Positions 61,774-64,000 of a DNA stretch of 64,000 nucleotides are shown piece after piece. The notes below the pieces were generated by a model that worked only from the letters and a program-made list of their open reading frames with translations, did not search any database and was not told where the DNA came from. Origin of the DNA: Paraspadella gotoi (lineage: Eukaryota > Animalia > Chaetognatha); contig CM119264.1 of assembly GCA_051294375.1 (NCBI GenBank), forward strand, positions 5,997,621 to 6,061,620. Direction: 5' to 3'. Position numbers and translations under genes: made by a program. Each line of letters opens with the position of its first letter. The stretch's first letter is position 1.

Positions 61774-62637
61774 CCTCTCTCCTCCTCTCAACAACTGCGA
61801 CATTCACAAAAATCCAAATTTCACTGAGGACGATTTTGATCATTCCGAACCGTTCACTCTCCGCATTTCACTCGGTTTTTCTTCTTCTTCTTTCGGTCTT
61901 CTTCGGACGTCAGCCATAATCCCTGGAACCTTTTAGAAACTCTGATTCCTCTTTCTCTCTCCTTCTCTCTCCTCTCTCTATCTCTCTTCTCTCTCTTCTC
62001 TCTTCTCTCTCTTCTCTCTCTCTTCTCTCTTCTCTCTCTCCCCTCTCCTCCCCTCGTCTTATCCCTAATCTATTGTCTTTTATTTTACTCTTTTAAAAAC
62101 CCCGGTCTATGCGGCTCTGGCGCTATGGTGCCGTCCATTATCGCTGCGGAGGTAGGGATTCTCGTAAAAATCCTTGGGATATTCATTCCTCCGGAAGGAA
62201 TCCGCTGCCAACGTCTCTTCAGGGCCTTTTTTAATCTGGGTAAGTTATCGTCGCTATTTTACGTTTGCGTTGAAATTCGCTGCAGAGTATATGATAAGGA
62301 AGAGGAATGCAAAGAAATATTTTACTCTTCCTTTTTTAGTAAGCATTCCCTCCGTAAAGAAAAGCAAGCTCCAGGAATATTTACTCACTATATAATATAT
62401 ATATATATATAATAATCATCTATAGATGTATTATTATTAAATCGACGGCTCGACTCAAATGGCTGATAATATTTTTACTCTCGAAAAATATTGACGTTGT
62501 CTCTCATTCATTTACGTCGCACTTAAGTTTTTAAGTTAACATAGTTACCCTACAATTACTGGCAATTGTATTTTCGTACTTTCGAAACTTCGAAGCCATT
62601 AATAGTTATCTTCTGATTTCTTTTCCCCTTTCTTTAG

Positions 62638-63900
62638 GGTCGGATCTGCTTATCCAGCAAGATCCGACCTCTATAACTCACTCTTTTCGGTCCGTCGGTC
62701 CCGCCCCTCAATTATTGTCGCGGGCACACACTTATATAACTGTCAGAAACATCGAATTATGATAAAATATATTGAACAAAAAATGATGTCCGTCCCGTCC
62801 CGTCTGTCATGTCTGTCCGTCCGTCCGTCGTCCGTCCGTCCCGCGCGTGCCGTCCGGTCCGTCCGTCGCGTCCGTCCGTCCGTCCGTCGTCCGTCCGTCG
62901 TCCGTCCGTTCCTCCGTCCGCTCCGTCCCGTCCGTTCCCAACCTTAGCAAAAAAACACACCAAGTTACTCGTGATTGGATGGCATGGATTTTGAATGAAT
63001 TTTGTGGTGAGGATAAGGTAAGTGTGTGATTGGAGCGGATATGAAGTTTCGATGGAATCGTCCGAGTGGAAATGAGTTTAAAATGGAAAAAACAAAAAAA
63101 ATATATTCACTATTTTGAACACCAATTGCTCATGAGTGGATTGGGCTTGAATTGACCTGGAATTTGTATGTGGGTAGGGAAAGTGTGTGATTGAACAGGA
63201 AATCAAGTTTCGATGGAATAGTTTGAGTGGGAAATGAGGTTTAAATGGAAAAAAACAAAAAACCTGTTTTACTATTGATTATGCTTCTTTTTCCTTTTTA
63301 TATTAAATGTATATGCAGGAATGTCATTAATAATCAAATAATTAATCAGTTTAATTAAATCAATTAGTAATTAAATTAACACAATAATTAATATAATTAG
63401 TCAATCATCCGTCCATCCGTCTTAATCTTAGCAAAAAGCGTCCAAATAACTCGTGAATTGGCTGGTTGGATTGGAATAATTTTGTGTGTGAGTAAGGAAA
63501 GTGTGTGGATAAAGCTGGATATAAGTTTCGATGGAATCGTGTGAGTGGAAATTAGTTTTAATGGAAAAACATAAGTCGGAATTTACTAAAATCTCTTTTA
63601 CTTATTTTAACCAATAAATACTCTGATTAAATCCTAATTGGATGGATAGATTGGAATGAAAATTTTGGTGTGTGGGTTAGGAAAATGTGTGACGAAGGCT
63701 TGATTAAGTTTCAGTGGAAACGTACGCAGTGGAAACTGAGTCCTCTAACCATGAAAACATATCGACGTCACCATTACTTGAATCTTTTTATTTATTTTAA
63801 CGCGCATGATAGATTGAGATGAAAATTTTGTGGCCAGTAGGAAAGTGAGTGAAGAAGCTAGATATAAAGTTTTGACGGAATGCAAGTTGAAAAAATGATT
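62638..63900 (+). mobile_element. Family C (DINE-1/HINE-like) copy with expanded (CCGT)n microsatellite and tandem internal repeats
   Basis: TCGGATCTGCTTATCCAGCAAGATCCGA hairpin, (CCGT/CGTC)n at ~62790-62935, about five AAGTTTCGATGGAAT-type units. Confidence 0.75.
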
Positions 63901-64000
63901 GCAAGTTGAAAAATGATGCAAGTTAAAAACAAATCTTTAAAAAAGAATAAGGGATCGTCGCCTATTTGCATAAAAGAGAGAGAGAGAGAGAGAAAGAGAG

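Overview
Eukaryotic (AT-rich, intron-dense invertebrate-type) genomic DNA; no prokaryotic features, rRNA, tRNA or CRISPR seen. All gene models and splice sites were assembled by eye and are unvalidated by RNA data. Minus strand, head-to-tail: a ~50-exon MADD/Rab3-GEF gene (CDS 40974->17184), NASP, an intronless CDC73/parafibromin and a KDM4-type PHD-finger gene with no recognisable JmjC domain. Two small antisense genes are nested in MADD introns: a GPI-anchored Ly6/three-finger protein and an orphan secreted prepro-protein (signal peptide, RKKR site, cysteine-free helical mature part ending in Gly). A 12-exon ADAM metalloprotease (43419-54593, +) diverges from MADD. The rest is non-autonomous DNA transposons (TIR/foldback elements, DINE-1/HINE-like elements), tandem repeats and microsatellites. 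Most notable: the nested orphan prepro-peptide, an operon-like NASP->CDC73 junction, a furin-bracketed insert in the ADAM cysteine-rich domain, the JmjC-less KDM4 derivative, three alternative MADD C-termini, and an apparent excess of GC-AG introns.
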